Below, piece by piece: positions 30,919 through 40,742 of a stretch of DNA of 64,000 bases. Position 1 is the first letter of the stretch; each line of letters starts with the position of its first letter. Made by a program: the position numbers and the translations under genes. Under the pieces are notes generated by a model. The model was not told the DNA's origin and did no database searches. It worked only from the letters and a program-made list of their open reading frames with translations. Source of the stretch: an uncultured Candidatus Saccharibacteria bacterium (GTDB lineage: Bacteria; Patescibacteriota; Saccharimonadia; Saccharimonadales; Saccharimonadaceae); NCBI GenBank assembly GCA_963525425.1, contig CAURII010000002.1, forward strand, positions 145,259 to 209,258, written 5' to 3'.

Positions 30919-31694
30919 TGTGGCAGACGGTGCGGCAAAATTACAAACTGCCGCTGTTTTTGGGTATTGGCATTAGTGTTGTGGCGGTGTTGTTTTCAGC
31001 GCTGTTCAATAAATTTAGCGATCAGCTAAGCCCGTTCATCGACATGATGCCGGCTGGTATGAAAGCGGTGGTTGGCGATTTGGCGATTGGCACCACGCCA
31101 GAAGGCTGGCTGAGTATTGAGCTGTTTCCGCTGGTGGCGATGGTCGGGGTGGTGATTACGGCGATTGTTTTGGGCGCTGGGGTAATTGGTCGGGAAGAGG
31201 ATTCGGGAACATTGGAGTTGTTGCTTGCTAGTCGACGGACTCGGGTGACGATTGTACTGCAAAAATATGCGGCGATGGCGGGGTTATTGGTGATTCCTCC
31301 AGTGATGCTGTGTATGACGATTGCGCTCATCGGTCCGCTGTTCGACTTTCATCCAAACCTCACTCACGTTGCCGGGGCCTGTGTGAGCTTGTGGCTTTTG
31401 GGCCTTAGTTTTGGCAGTCTCACCTTTGTCACCCAGGCGGTGACGGGCCGGCGCGGGCTGGCTATTGGCGTTGGCAGCCTGCTTTTTCTAGCAATGTACG
31501 CCCTGTCGATTACTGCTAAATTGATTGAAAGCTGGAAAGATTACGACGTTTGGTCGCTGATCCATTACTACAACATTCCGGGTACTTTGATGGACGGACT
31601 GGACTTAGGGAAATTGGTCGTTTTGGTTTGTGTGAGTTTGGTGTCTCTTGGCGTGGCAGTGATCGGATTTTATCGGCGAGATACGGGAGTATAA
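30915..31694 (+). CDS. ABC-2-type permease
   Basis: About 6 TM; GREEDSGTLELLLA; C-terminal RRD. Confidence 0.85.
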   Translation: MMWQTVRQNYKLPLFLGIGISVVAVLFSALFNKFSDQLSPFIDMMPAGMKAVVGDLAIGTTPEGWLSIELFPLVAMVGVVITAIVLGAGVIGREEDSGTLELLLASRRTRVTIVLQKYAAMAGLLVIPPVMLCMTIALIGPLFDFHPNLTHVAGACVSLWLLGLSFGSLTFVTQAVTGRRGLAIGVGSLLFLAMYALSITAKLIESWKDYDVWSLIHYYNIPGTLMDGLDLGKLVVLVCVSLVSLGVAVIGFYRRDTGV

Positions 31695-31783
31695 TTCAGG
31701 AAACTGACGTTATAGACTGGCATAGATCTGTTTGATTATATGGCGCAATAGAACAGGTATATGGTAAATGCTATAATTTCCAT

Positions 31784-32794
31784 ATGGAAACTTCGCTCAG
31801 CCCCAACAAATTACTGACCAATAGAGCGTTGCAATGTGCAGCAGCAGAACTTGGCGTTGACGCGTCTGATTTGCAAATTACATCGGTAAGCGGTGGCTTT
31901 TCGCGTAATCGCCGTGCCTTGGTGTCGGCGGGCGATAAGACGATTTTTGTCAAAGAAGTTGATGTCGATTTACTGCCGGATGACGGCGAGCGGGAATTAG
32001 CTTGGCTGAAAAAAGACTACGAAGTGACGCGGTTATTGCAGAAACTTCACCCGCAATATGTGGCTGACTGGACTGCGCTGGTCGGTGATGGGCATGTGCT
32101 GATGACGAGTAGCTATGCATCATCAGAGGGTTGGTTGTGGCGGCCGCCAGCGGAAAAATTCCTGGCAGAACGATATATTTCAGCAGTGGTAACAGCAACT
32201 CGAGAGTTGGAAAAAACGGAGTTGCCGCATAAGGTGATTGAGGAATTGCAATTACAGCCGTTTACGACGGCGGAACTTGGCTTGGATGACGGCATTGATC
32301 AGATTATTACTGATGCTGATATTCGCCGTCAGCTGATTGATAATTATCGAACATTATTACCGGAGCAATCAGAAGTCAACCAGCGGCGCTGCCAGAAGAT
32401 GATTGATTTACTGGGCGAGAGCGATAAATTAGTTGATATTTCGGTACGTACTAAACGGTTCGCTAAACAACCAGAAGATTGTTTTAATCATTCTGACGTG
32501 CGCAGTGATAACTTGGCGTTTCATCCGCAAACTGGTGAGCTGAAATTGGTCGATTGGAATTGGGCTTCCTATGCACCGCGGGGTTCTGGGGCGACGGAGT
32601 TTTTAATCGATATGGCACGGCACGGTCATGACGTAACGCCGTGGCTGAGTGAAGTCAACGCGGAGATGTTGGCGGCATTTGTCGGTTTCTATCTTATCCG
32701 CAGTCTCAAACCGCCACTCCAGCCAGGTGATACTCTTCGCCAAATGCAGGCGCTGTCAGCAGCTACCGCTTATGATTTATTGGAGCGCACGTGA
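31784..32794 (+). CDS. APH/choline-kinase-like phosphotransferase
   Basis: GGFS, IFVK, HSDVRSDN (Brenner-type motif), LVDWNWA. Confidence 0.75.
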   Translation: METSLSPNKLLTNRALQCAAAELGVDASDLQITSVSGGFSRNRRALVSAGDKTIFVKEVDVDLLPDDGERELAWLKKDYEVTRLLQKLHPQYVADWTALVGDGHVLMTSSYASSEGWLWRPPAEKFLAERYISAVVTATRELEKTELPHKVIEELQLQPFTTAELGLDDGIDQIITDADIRRQLIDNYRTLLPEQSEVNQRRCQKMIDLLGESDKLVDISVRTKRFAKQPEDCFNHSDVRSDNLAFHPQTGELKLVDWNWASYAPRGSGATEFLIDMARHGHDVTPWLSEVNAEMLAAFVGFYLIRSLKPPLQPGDTLRQMQALSAATAYDLLERT

Positions 32795-33324
32795 CGACCC
32801 CACTTATCATTCTCCGCGGTAATTCTGGTTGCGGTAAAACCAGCACGGCGCGCTTGCTCCAGCGTCAACTAGGCTACGGCACGATGTTGGTGTCGCAGGA
32901 TGTGGTGCGGCGGGAGATGCTTCGCGTGAAAGACAGTGAAAGCAACCCAGCAATTCAGTTGATTTATGATCTCTGTATGTACGGCAATAACGTTGGTTAT
33001 ACGGTGATTTTGGAAGGTATTTTGAGTAATAAAAAATACGGCGCGACGCTGCAACGGTTGCTGAATGATTTTCAGGGCGAAAAACTGATTTATTATTTTG
33101 ACATATCATTTGAGGAAACGGTGCGCCGTCACGCCACTAAGCCAAACGCTCATGAATTTGGCGAATCGGAAATGCACCAGTGGTGGAAAGACCAAGACGT
33201 CTTAGGTGTGTCAGGCGAGCAGCGAATTGGCGAACAGCTGGCTCAGGCCGAAATTGTTGATATGATTCACCGCGACGTCTTGGCATTATCAGAGGGAGCA
33301 AATACTTCCTTGTCTCGCATGTAA
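32791..33324 (+). CDS. P-loop small-molecule kinase (AAA_33-like)
   Basis: LRGNSGCGKT, SQDVVRR, VILEGIL, ETVRRH. Confidence 0.8.
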   Translation: MTTPLIILRGNSGCGKTSTARLLQRQLGYGTMLVSQDVVRREMLRVKDSESNPAIQLIYDLCMYGNNVGYTVILEGILSNKKYGATLQRLLNDFQGEKLIYYFDISFEETVRRHATKPNAHEFGESEMHQWWKDQDVLGVSGEQRIGEQLAQAEIVDMIHRDVLALSEGANTSLSRM

Positions 33325-33350
33325 ATAATACAATGTATTTTCGTTGACAA

Positions 33351-33398
33351 ACGCTATATATCGCGTGTATATTATATATTAAGCACTACATATGGTGT
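33351..33398 (+). promoter_or_regulatory. Tandem NrdR boxes overlapping the nrdD promoter
   Basis: ACGCTATATATCGCGT (33351) and GCACTACATATGGTGT (33383), starts 32 bp apart, resembling acaCwAtATaTwGtgt; TTGACA at 33344. Confidence 0.75.
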
Positions 33399-33482
33399 CT
33401 TAGAAAATAAATAACGTTTTTTGCAACACAAGCCCCTCGGGGAGGTTGGGGCTGGTTTGCTATTGCCATAATAAGGAGGGGT

Positions 33483-35612
33483 ATGTACAAATCAATCAAA
33501 AAACGCGATGGTCGGACTGTTAAATTTGACCGTAAAAAAATTGAGAAAGCCATCGAGAAGGCGGGTTTGGAGACTGGCGAATTTGATGCCAAACAGGCCG
33601 TCAAGCTGACCGACAAGGTGCTGGCGGTACTAGAAACTCGCAATCAAAAACGCTTGCCGGGCGTTGAAGATATCCAGGACATCGTCGAGGACATTTTGAT
33701 TGATTCTAAGTTTAAGAAAACTGCCAAAGCCTATATTATTTACCGCGACCAGCATAAAAAACTGCGTGAAATTACCTCTGAGTCACATATTGATTTGATT
33801 GATAAATACCTAGGCAACCTGGACTGGAAGGTAAATGAGAATTCCAATATGGGCTACAGCCTACAGGGTTTGAACAATTACGTCTCGGCAGAAGTTACTA
33901 AAACCTACTGGTTGGACAAAATTTACACACCAAAGATTGGTCGGGCACACAAAGAGGGTGATTTGCACATTCACGACCTGAACCTTCTCAGCGTGTACTG
34001 TGTCGGTTGGGATTTGACTGACTTGTTGCAAGAAGGCTTCACTGGTGTTGCCGGAAAGGTGGCTTCCAAGCCAGCCAAGCACTTCCGCTCAGCTTTGGGT
34101 CAGGTAGTGAACTTCTTCTACACCTTGCAGGGTGAGGCGGCTGGTGCTCAGGCATTCTCTGATTTTGACACGCTCTTGGCACCGTTTATTCGCGCTGATA
34201 AATTAAGCTATGACGAGGTCAAGCAAGCGCTGCAAGAATTTGTCTTTAACGTTAACGTGCCAACACGAGTTGGTTTCCAGACGCCATTTACCAACATTAC
34301 GCTTGATCTCGAATGTCCGGAGCATATGGCTGATAATCCAGTAATCATCGGCGGTGAGATGCGGGACACTACCTACGGCGATTACCAAGAAGAGATGAAT
34401 ATGCTCAACAAGGCGTTACTCGAGGTCTTGTCTGAGGGTGATGCTAATGGCCGCGTCTTTACCTTCCCAATTCCAACAGTCAATATCACTAAGGATTTCA
34501 ACTGGGATAATCCAGTGATTGAAAGTCTGTGGGAAGCTAGTGCTAAATACGGCATTCCATATTTTTCAAACTTTGTCAATTCTGATATGAAGCCAGAAGA
34601 CGCGCGCTCAATGTGTTGTCGCCTGCGCATTGATAATCGCCAGCTGGAATATCGTGGCGGTGGACTGTTCGGCTCAAACCCAATGACCGGTTCGGTTGGC
34701 GTGGTGACGATTAACTTGCCACGTTTGGCGCTGAAGTCAAAGAATGAGAAAGAATTCTTCAAGAGCCTAGGCGAACTCATGGATATGGCGAAAGATAGCC
34801 TGGAGACTAAACGTAAGGTTTTGGAGCGATTGACCGACGCTAACCTCTACCCGTACACCAAGTTCTACTTGCGCAACATCAAGCAGCGTTTTAATCAATA
34901 CTGGAAAAATCACTTCTCAACCATCGGTTTGATTGGTACAAATGAAGCGGCGTTGAATTTGCTGGGTGTTGATATCGGTACCGACAAGGGTAAGACTTTT
35001 GCCGAGAAAACGCTTGACTTCATGCGCGACCGCTTGGTGGAATACCAGAAAGAAACGGGCAATAACTACAACCTAGAGGCAACACCAGCTGAAGGTACGA
35101 CCTATCGCTTGGCGCAGCTTGACAAGGCTAGTTTCCCTGACCGAGCACACTTTGCCAATGGCCTCGGCGCGGCGGTCAAGCATCCGTTCTACACTAACTC
35201 CAGCCACTTGCCGGTCAATTACACCGACGACTTGTTCGAGCTGATGGATTTGCAGGATAATTTGCAGACCAAATACACTGGCGGTACGGTGATTCACTTC
35301 TTCCTCGGTGAGCGCATGGATGATCCACAAACGCTCAAGAAATTGGTCAAGACAATTTGCGAAAACTACAAATTGCCATACTTTACCTTCACGCCAAGCT
35401 TCTCGATTTGCACCAATCACGGCTATATCGTCGGAGAGCATCCAGAGTGTCCGAATTGCGGCGAAGCGACTGAGGTTTACTCGCGGGTAGTCGGTTTCTT
35501 GCGTCCGGTTGCTCAGTGGAACAATGGCAAACAAGCTGAATTTGACATGAGGGAGCATTATGACGATGCCGCCGAACATCAGCGAGCTTGCGCCGTCGCT
35601 GTCCCAGCTTAA
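33483..35612 (+). CDS. nrdD: Anaerobic (class III) ribonucleoside-triphosphate reductase with ATP cone
   Basis: IKKRDGR ATP cone, HIHDL, SMCCRL finger loop, EATPAEG, CxxH/CxxC Zn site, YSRVVGFL glycyl-radical motif. Confidence 0.96.
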   Translation: MYKSIKKRDGRTVKFDRKKIEKAIEKAGLETGEFDAKQAVKLTDKVLAVLETRNQKRLPGVEDIQDIVEDILIDSKFKKTAKAYIIYRDQHKKLREITSESHIDLIDKYLGNLDWKVNENSNMGYSLQGLNNYVSAEVTKTYWLDKIYTPKIGRAHKEGDLHIHDLNLLSVYCVGWDLTDLLQEGFTGVAGKVASKPAKHFRSALGQVVNFFYTLQGEAAGAQAFSDFDTLLAPFIRADKLSYDEVKQALQEFVFNVNVPTRVGFQTPFTNITLDLECPEHMADNPVIIGGEMRDTTYGDYQEEMNMLNKALLEVLSEGDANGRVFTFPIPTVNITKDFNWDNPVIESLWEASAKYGIPYFSNFVNSDMKPEDARSMCCRLRIDNRQLEYRGGGLFGSNPMTGSVGVVTINLPRLALKSKNEKEFFKSLGELMDMAKDSLETKRKVLERLTDANLYPYTKFYLRNIKQRFNQYWKNHFSTIGLIGTNEAALNLLGVDIGTDKGKTFAEKTLDFMRDRLVEYQKETGNNYNLEATPAEGTTYRLAQLDKASFPDRAHFANGLGAAVKHPFYTNSSHLPVNYTDDLFELMDLQDNLQTKYTGGTVIHFFLGERMDDPQTLKKLVKTICENYKLPYFTFTPSFSICTNHGYIVGEHPECPNCGEATEVYSRVVGFLRPVAQWNNGKQAEFDMREHYDDAAEHQRACAVAVPA

Positions 35613-36303
35613 GGTGGCGATTGGCGGGATTCAGAAGCTGTCGCTGGTGGACTATCCAGGACACGTGGCGGCAGCACTGTTTCTCTCGGGCTGTAATATG
35701 CGCTGCGGCTACTGCCATAATCCGGAGCTGGTACTACCCGAGCGGTTAGCGCCGAGCATTCCGGTTGAAGAGGCGATGATTTTCCTAAAATCGCGCATTG
35801 GTCGGCTAGACGGCGTGGTGATTTCTGGTGGCGAGCCGACAGTTAACGAGGATTTGCCGGTACTGTGTCGGATGATCAAGGGCCTCGGCTTTGATGTCAA
35901 GCTGGATACTAACGGCACGCATCCTGACATGGTGCGCGGTATGGTCGAGGAGGGGACGATTGACTTCATCGCCATGGACGTCAAGGGCCCGCTGGAAAAA
36001 TACGTGGAGATTGCAGCGCGGCCGATTGATCTAGCGGCCATCAAAGACAATGTGCGGCTGATGATTGATTCAGGGATCGGTCATGAATTCCGGACGACCA
36101 TCGTTCGCGAGCAGCTGGAGGTGGCGGATTTCGAAAAGATTGGCGAGCTAGTCAAAGGTGCCAAGCGATTTGCTTTGCAGCATTTTCGTACCGGTACCAC
36201 CATTAGCCCGAAATTTGCCAATTACCACACCTTTACCGACGAAGAATTCAGAGCCGCCCAAAAAATAATGGAAAGGTATGTTGACGAATGCGTGATTCAC
36301 TAA
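35560..36303 (+). CDS. nrdG: Class III RNR activating radical-SAM enzyme
   Basis: SLVDYPG, GCNMRCGYCHN, ISGGEPT, KLDTNG. Confidence 0.93.
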   Translation: MTMPPNISELAPSLSQLKVAIGGIQKLSLVDYPGHVAAALFLSGCNMRCGYCHNPELVLPERLAPSIPVEEAMIFLKSRIGRLDGVVISGGEPTVNEDLPVLCRMIKGLGFDVKLDTNGTHPDMVRGMVEEGTIDFIAMDVKGPLEKYVEIAARPIDLAAIKDNVRLMIDSGIGHEFRTTIVREQLEVADFEKIGELVKGAKRFALQHFRTGTTISPKFANYHTFTDEEFRAAQKIMERYVDECVIH

Positions 36304-36950
36304 CCGTCGAAATTGTGCGGGTGCGCCAGGAAAATCCCGAGGTGACGACGCTGTATGTTGTGCGGCCGTTTGATTTTATGGCGGGGCAATATATCACGGT
36401 GTTCATTGAGGGTAGTCAGGTGCGTGAAGGCAAGGCCTATAGTATTTCCTCGCGCCCAGATGAGGAGCTGATGTCGATTACCGTGAAAAATGTTGGCGGC
36501 GAATTCTCGAGTTATTTGTGTTCGCGCCAAGTTGGCGACACGCTGCACATTAGCCGGGCGTACGGCGATTTCAACCCGCAAACCGAGCGGCCGCTGGTTG
36601 GCATCGCGGCGGGATGCGGGCTCAGTCCGATTTGGAGTATTTTGGCGGATGTCAAGCAACCGACTTTTCTCTATTTGAGTCAAAAATCGCCAGAATATAT
36701 GGTGTTCTCGGAGGAGTTGGCGGCCTCATCCATCCAGGTCAATAAGTTTAGCACCCGCCAGCAGGTTGAGGAAAAGAACGGCTGGCGGAATGGGCGGTTT
36801 GAGGTGGCGAAGATTGTGAGTGAAGTGCCGAGTGAGGCGCACTTCCTGGTCTGCGGTAGCCTGCCGTTTGTGCGCGATGTTTGGCAAAAACTAACCGCCG
36901 CCGGTGTCGATGAATCACATATTTCAACGGAGACATTTTTTGAACGATGA
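36288..36950 (+). CDS. FAD/NAD(P)-binding oxidoreductase (ferredoxin/flavodoxin reductase family)
   Basis: AGQYI, AYSISS, GEFSSYL, IAAGCGLSP, VCGS, ETFF. Confidence 0.85.
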   Translation: MRDSLTVEIVRVRQENPEVTTLYVVRPFDFMAGQYITVFIEGSQVREGKAYSISSRPDEELMSITVKNVGGEFSSYLCSRQVGDTLHISRAYGDFNPQTERPLVGIAAGCGLSPIWSILADVKQPTFLYLSQKSPEYMVFSEELAASSIQVNKFSTRQQVEEKNGWRNGRFEVAKIVSEVPSEAHFLVCGSLPFVRDVWQKLTAAGVDESHISTETFFER

Positions 36951-38965
36951 TTGGGGAGGCGACTGCAGTAGAATTATCGCCGACAGGAATTGACGGTGAT
37001 GGTTTTGATGTGTTTTCGTCGTTGAGAGACGGTGCTGGTGGCGAGGATTTTTCGTCTGGCATTAGTGAAGCAGTGGCTAATGATGCAAGCCAACTTGACC
37101 TGGTGGCGGTGGCCGGCGGTGAGGCAGAGCTTGATGTTGCTATATCTGATAACGACACAAAAGAAGACTGTACGCCAATTAATCCTGAGTTTTGTCGAAA
37201 TTTTGGCAGCGCGGCGTGTTTTGGTTGTGTCAACTTAGGATTATGTCAAGATCGTCAAGCTGCGATGGAAAAAGAACCAAAAAGCCAGGAAGGCGTAGAA
37301 ACGATACGTGATAGATTATTGGCTCCAGACAGTATTGACGACCTTGATGAAGATGGTCGTGGAGAGCTAGTACTACCAAGTCCAGTGCGACTCTATGATC
37401 AAAGGAACACTGAAGAAACATCAGAAACACCAATTGAGGCAGGACATGTAGATGTGGTATCTAAAGTGGCTAACGAAACAGGGGAAGCCGCTGATGATAG
37501 TGGTAGAGTGGATTTAGAATTAAAAGCTATACACAATAACCTTAACGTATTACCAGAAAAAAATGTGCAATCACAATCAAAACCTATAGATATATCACCA
37601 CAAGAAATAGAAACCAAGTCGGTTGACGATGACAACTCCCCTATTGTTGAACAGGGCGAGATGTCTGCCAGCGATCGCTTACCAGTGGAGAGAGAAGCTA
37701 TTATCACAAAAACGCCGCAAGATAAGATTATTGAGGATATTCTGCCATATAATAGCCGGAGTGAAAAAGCTGCTGTTGACTCAACAACACTTAGTCGTGA
37801 GGGGGCCCAAGCTAGCGATAGGTCTAATAAAGCAAATTACCGCGGGGCTTCTGGCATACAATCGTCCAATAGTGAACAAAATATAGAGATTTCGTTAAGG
37901 GAGCAGCCGACCCAGAAAGTGAAAAAAGAACAATTTCCATCTACGGGTGATATTATAAATACAGTATCTGAAGAGGCTTCGTTAAAAAGAAAGAAAGCTA
38001 TAGATATTGATCCGCCTATTGATTTTGTGGCAAGTAATGATACTAAAATTCAGCATAATTTACCTCAGAAAATGAAATCTGAACCAGTAGTAAATCAGGC
38101 TGATATTAAGCCGCAAATTATGGCGGTTAGGGATGTGTATCGCGATGATGTAGTAGAGTGTGTTTACGATGAGAGTGAGATCTGGGCTGAAGACGAAGCG
38201 GTGGTTTTGGCTCGGCAGCAAGAATTGCCAGCACCAGACATGAAGCCGGTTTCGGCTGAAAAAGCGACTATCGGGCTAGTAACAGAGGTTTCTGATCTGC
38301 GCGAGGAGATTGAGGGGCTGTATGAAGTTATCGAGGTTGAACCTGTGGTGCGGACGGATAGTGCTGGTATATTGGCGTATGGCACAGCTGTGGATTGCGG
38401 TGATGAGCCGGTGGAGCGGCCGCCAATAGCGTCTGAGATACCAACCGCTGAAGAAACAGATTATATTGATGACGAAGTGGCTGTGGCGACATCAAAGGAA
38501 TGTGAGACGTCTCGTAAGGAGTGTGAAGCTGTGCCGATAAAAGCACCAGATAATGGACTATCACCCGTGAAAGGCGAAGCTTTGTTTGATGAATTTTCTG
38601 GCTTAGAGATAATCACTGGCATGACCGAGGAGCGAGAGGTTAATGTTGCTGACGAGGAAGTGTCCAAATCTAAGGTGGTTGATGGTGAACTGCTCAGGCA
38701 AGACGAGTTGGTTATGGATAAGGGTGACGTTACTCAGACTTATACCGGCGAAACTATTGTGGATGGTGATATTCCGGCTACAGATGTTCGCCCATTGTCT
38801 GGTTTGTGGACGGACGACAGCCGGCTCAATCCAGAAGAAGGGTCTGCGTCAACGACTCAATCAAGCGCGGATGATACGTCATTAGTATCGCGGCTGGTTG
38901 GCATGTTCGTGGTGGCGATGTGTGTGGTGCGCGGCCGGCAAGCCAGAGCGATTCCGAATAGCTGA
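36947..38965 (+). CDS. Large acidic, probably disordered protein with N-terminal Cys cluster and C-terminal hydrophobic anchor
   Basis: 672-aa ORF overlapping the upstream stop (ATGA); CTPINPEFCRNFGSAACFGCVNLGLC; tail LVGMFVVAMCVVRGR. Confidence 0.6.
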   Translation: MIGEATAVELSPTGIDGDGFDVFSSLRDGAGGEDFSSGISEAVANDASQLDLVAVAGGEAELDVAISDNDTKEDCTPINPEFCRNFGSAACFGCVNLGLCQDRQAAMEKEPKSQEGVETIRDRLLAPDSIDDLDEDGRGELVLPSPVRLYDQRNTEETSETPIEAGHVDVVSKVANETGEAADDSGRVDLELKAIHNNLNVLPEKNVQSQSKPIDISPQEIETKSVDDDNSPIVEQGEMSASDRLPVEREAIITKTPQDKIIEDILPYNSRSEKAAVDSTTLSREGAQASDRSNKANYRGASGIQSSNSEQNIEISLREQPTQKVKKEQFPSTGDIINTVSEEASLKRKKAIDIDPPIDFVASNDTKIQHNLPQKMKSEPVVNQADIKPQIMAVRDVYRDDVVECVYDESEIWAEDEAVVLARQQELPAPDMKPVSAEKATIGLVTEVSDLREEIEGLYEVIEVEPVVRTDSAGILAYGTAVDCGDEPVERPPIASEIPTAEETDYIDDEVAVATSKECETSRKECEAVPIKAPDNGLSPVKGEALFDEFSGLEIITGMTEEREVNVADEEVSKSKVVDGELLRQDELVMDKGDVTQTYTGETIVDGDIPATDVRPLSGLWTDDSRLNPEEGSASTTQSSADDTSLVSRLVGMFVVAMCVVRGRQARAIPNS

Positions 38966-39062
38966 TAATCTTGGCTGGTGTAAGCGGTGAATAGGACTGC
39001 ACGAAATGGTAGCGCGAAGATTAGTGGCTGATGCACGGCGAGAAGCTTGATATAATAAGATT

Positions 39063-39707
39063 ATGAATGTGCTCGATAAGCCGAAAATTGACCGTCCCCG
39101 CGAGAAACTAGCGCGTTACGGTACGGCGCGGCTGAGCGATTTGGAGCTGCTGATGGCGATTATTGGCAGCGGTAATGCTCGGGCCGATGTCGGTAAAATT
39201 GCGCGCGAGGTGCTGAAAATTTTGCGTCAAAAAGGCGGTGATGTTTTGTATGATGATCTGCGCGGCGTGGTCGGCTTGGGCGAAGCGAAAATTCCGGTGA
39301 TTTTAGCGAGCTTAGAACTGGCGCGACGGTATTTGCTGGATAGCGACCAGCCAATTATTGACAGTCCAGAAAAAGCCGTCGAGCTGCTAGCCGACGTTCG
39401 CGACAAAAAGCAGGAATATTTTGTCTGCCTGACGCTGGACGGCGCGAATCGTTTGATTGCCAAGCGGGTAGTGACCATCGGCACGCTGACCGCCAGCCTG
39501 GTGCACCCGCGCGAGGTCTTCGCCGACGCCATCGCCGACCGTGCCGCCAGCATCATCGTGGCGCATAATCATCCGAGCGGGAGTTTGGAGGCGAGTGCTG
39601 CTGATAGAGAAGTAACGAAGCGTTTATATCAGGCGGGTGAACTACTGGGGATTAGCCTAGTCGATCATATTGTATTGACAAAATATTCATATAAGTCAAT
39701 TGTATAA
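39063..39707 (+). CDS. radC: RadC-family JAB domain protein
   Basis: DRPREKL, LSD.ELL, GLGEAK, GTL..SLVHPREVF, AHNHPSG, DHIV. Confidence 0.93.
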   Translation: MNVLDKPKIDRPREKLARYGTARLSDLELLMAIIGSGNARADVGKIAREVLKILRQKGGDVLYDDLRGVVGLGEAKIPVILASLELARRYLLDSDQPIIDSPEKAVELLADVRDKKQEYFVCLTLDGANRLIAKRVVTIGTLTASLVHPREVFADAIADRAASIIVAHNHPSGSLEASAADREVTKRLYQAGELLGISLVDHIVLTKYSYKSIV

Positions 39708-39720
39708 AAGAGCATATATT

Positions 39721-39763
39721 TACCCGTAGGATACATATTGACAGGAAATGTATCCTACGGGTA
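39721..39763. promoter_or_regulatory. Perfect 16-bp inverted repeat enclosing a TTGACA -35 element
   Basis: TACCCGTAGGATACAT-attgacaggaa-ATGTATCCTACGGGTA; TATACT at 39762. Confidence 0.8.
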
Positions 39764-39776
39764 TACTGGTGGTAGC

Positions 39777-40742
39777 ATGAGGGTGTTTCTGTCAAACCAG
39801 GGGAACTTACGTAATATACAAAATTTTTTGCGGTCTATTGACTGGTCTAAGCCTAAAGAGCTGGAAATCGCAACGCATGATAAGTGGATAACCGTTCACC
39901 CGGCTAACCTTGCTTTGGTGGCTGCTTTGGCTATGCAAGTCGGCAAGGGTAAAACGAAAATTATTGGTAAAGTTCCAGCTACTGGTATTTATCTTGATAG
40001 AATGGGACTTTACGGTTTAACAAGCACAGCATCACCATTTACATATCAAGAAAAAGAGGCAGCTGGGCGATTTGTGCCGCTAACCGTTATAAAAACACCT
40101 GAAGACCAATCTCATTTTATCGCCGAAATGATACCGTTACTACATCTGCCGGAGAAGGACGCGATAGTTATCAAATATATTATTGGCGAATTGGTGCGTA
40201 ATGTCTTAGAACATGCTAATACGAGATGCGGCGCCATCGTTGCCGCGCAATACTATAAAAAAACGAATAAAGTTAGTATCGCCATCTGCGATACCGGTAT
40301 AGGTATATGGAAAAGTATGAACGAGACATGGCATCCAAAAGATGATCTGGAAGCGGTGCGGTATAGTCTTACTCCGGGTATAACAGGGACGACTTCGCGA
40401 GAGGGCGGTACGAGTGAAAATGCTGGCGCTGGATTATTTTTTATTAAATCAATTGCCAAGATTACACGCAGTTATTTTACGATATATAGCGGCAAGGCAG
40501 AATACACACTACTGAAAAATAGGACCGACCAAAAATCAATTACGCTATATGCTGATCCATTTCGCGATAATAGCAGGCGAACTAATAATTTGGGAGATTT
40601 TCACGGTACGCTAGTTGCCGTAGATATTGCGTTGGATAATACGCCAGAGTTTAAAGCAATTATGTCTCATATTGGCAGCGTATACGGCGAAGCGATTCGT
40701 GAACGAAAGAGAATAAAATACAGGAGGCCAAATTTTATATGA
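39777..40742 (+). CDS. GHKL/HATPase protein (anti-sigma-kinase-like) with N-terminal STAS-like region
   Basis: N box ELVRNVLEHA, G1 DTGIGI, G2 ENAGAGLF; N-terminal HP..LAL...YLDRMG; no HisKA H-box. Confidence 0.75.
   Translation: MRVFLSNQGNLRNIQNFLRSIDWSKPKELEIATHDKWITVHPANLALVAALAMQVGKGKTKIIGKVPATGIYLDRMGLYGLTSTASPFTYQEKEAAGRFVPLTVIKTPEDQSHFIAEMIPLLHLPEKDAIVIKYIIGELVRNVLEHANTRCGAIVAAQYYKKTNKVSIAICDTGIGIWKSMNETWHPKDDLEAVRYSLTPGITGTTSREGGTSENAGAGLFFIKSIAKITRSYFTIYSGKAEYTLLKNRTDQKSITLYADPFRDNSRRTNNLGDFHGTLVAVDIALDNTPEFKAIMSHIGSVYGEAIRERKRIKYRRPNFI

Noticed and set aside
31784..32794. Aminoglycoside resistance gene
   Set aside because: Only the general APH/choline-kinase motifs are visible; substrate cannot be assigned.
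33431..33453. GC-rich hairpin in the nrdD leader as a riboswitch
   Set aside because: Too short and lacks recognisable cobalamin or other riboswitch motifs; NrdR boxes already explain regulation.
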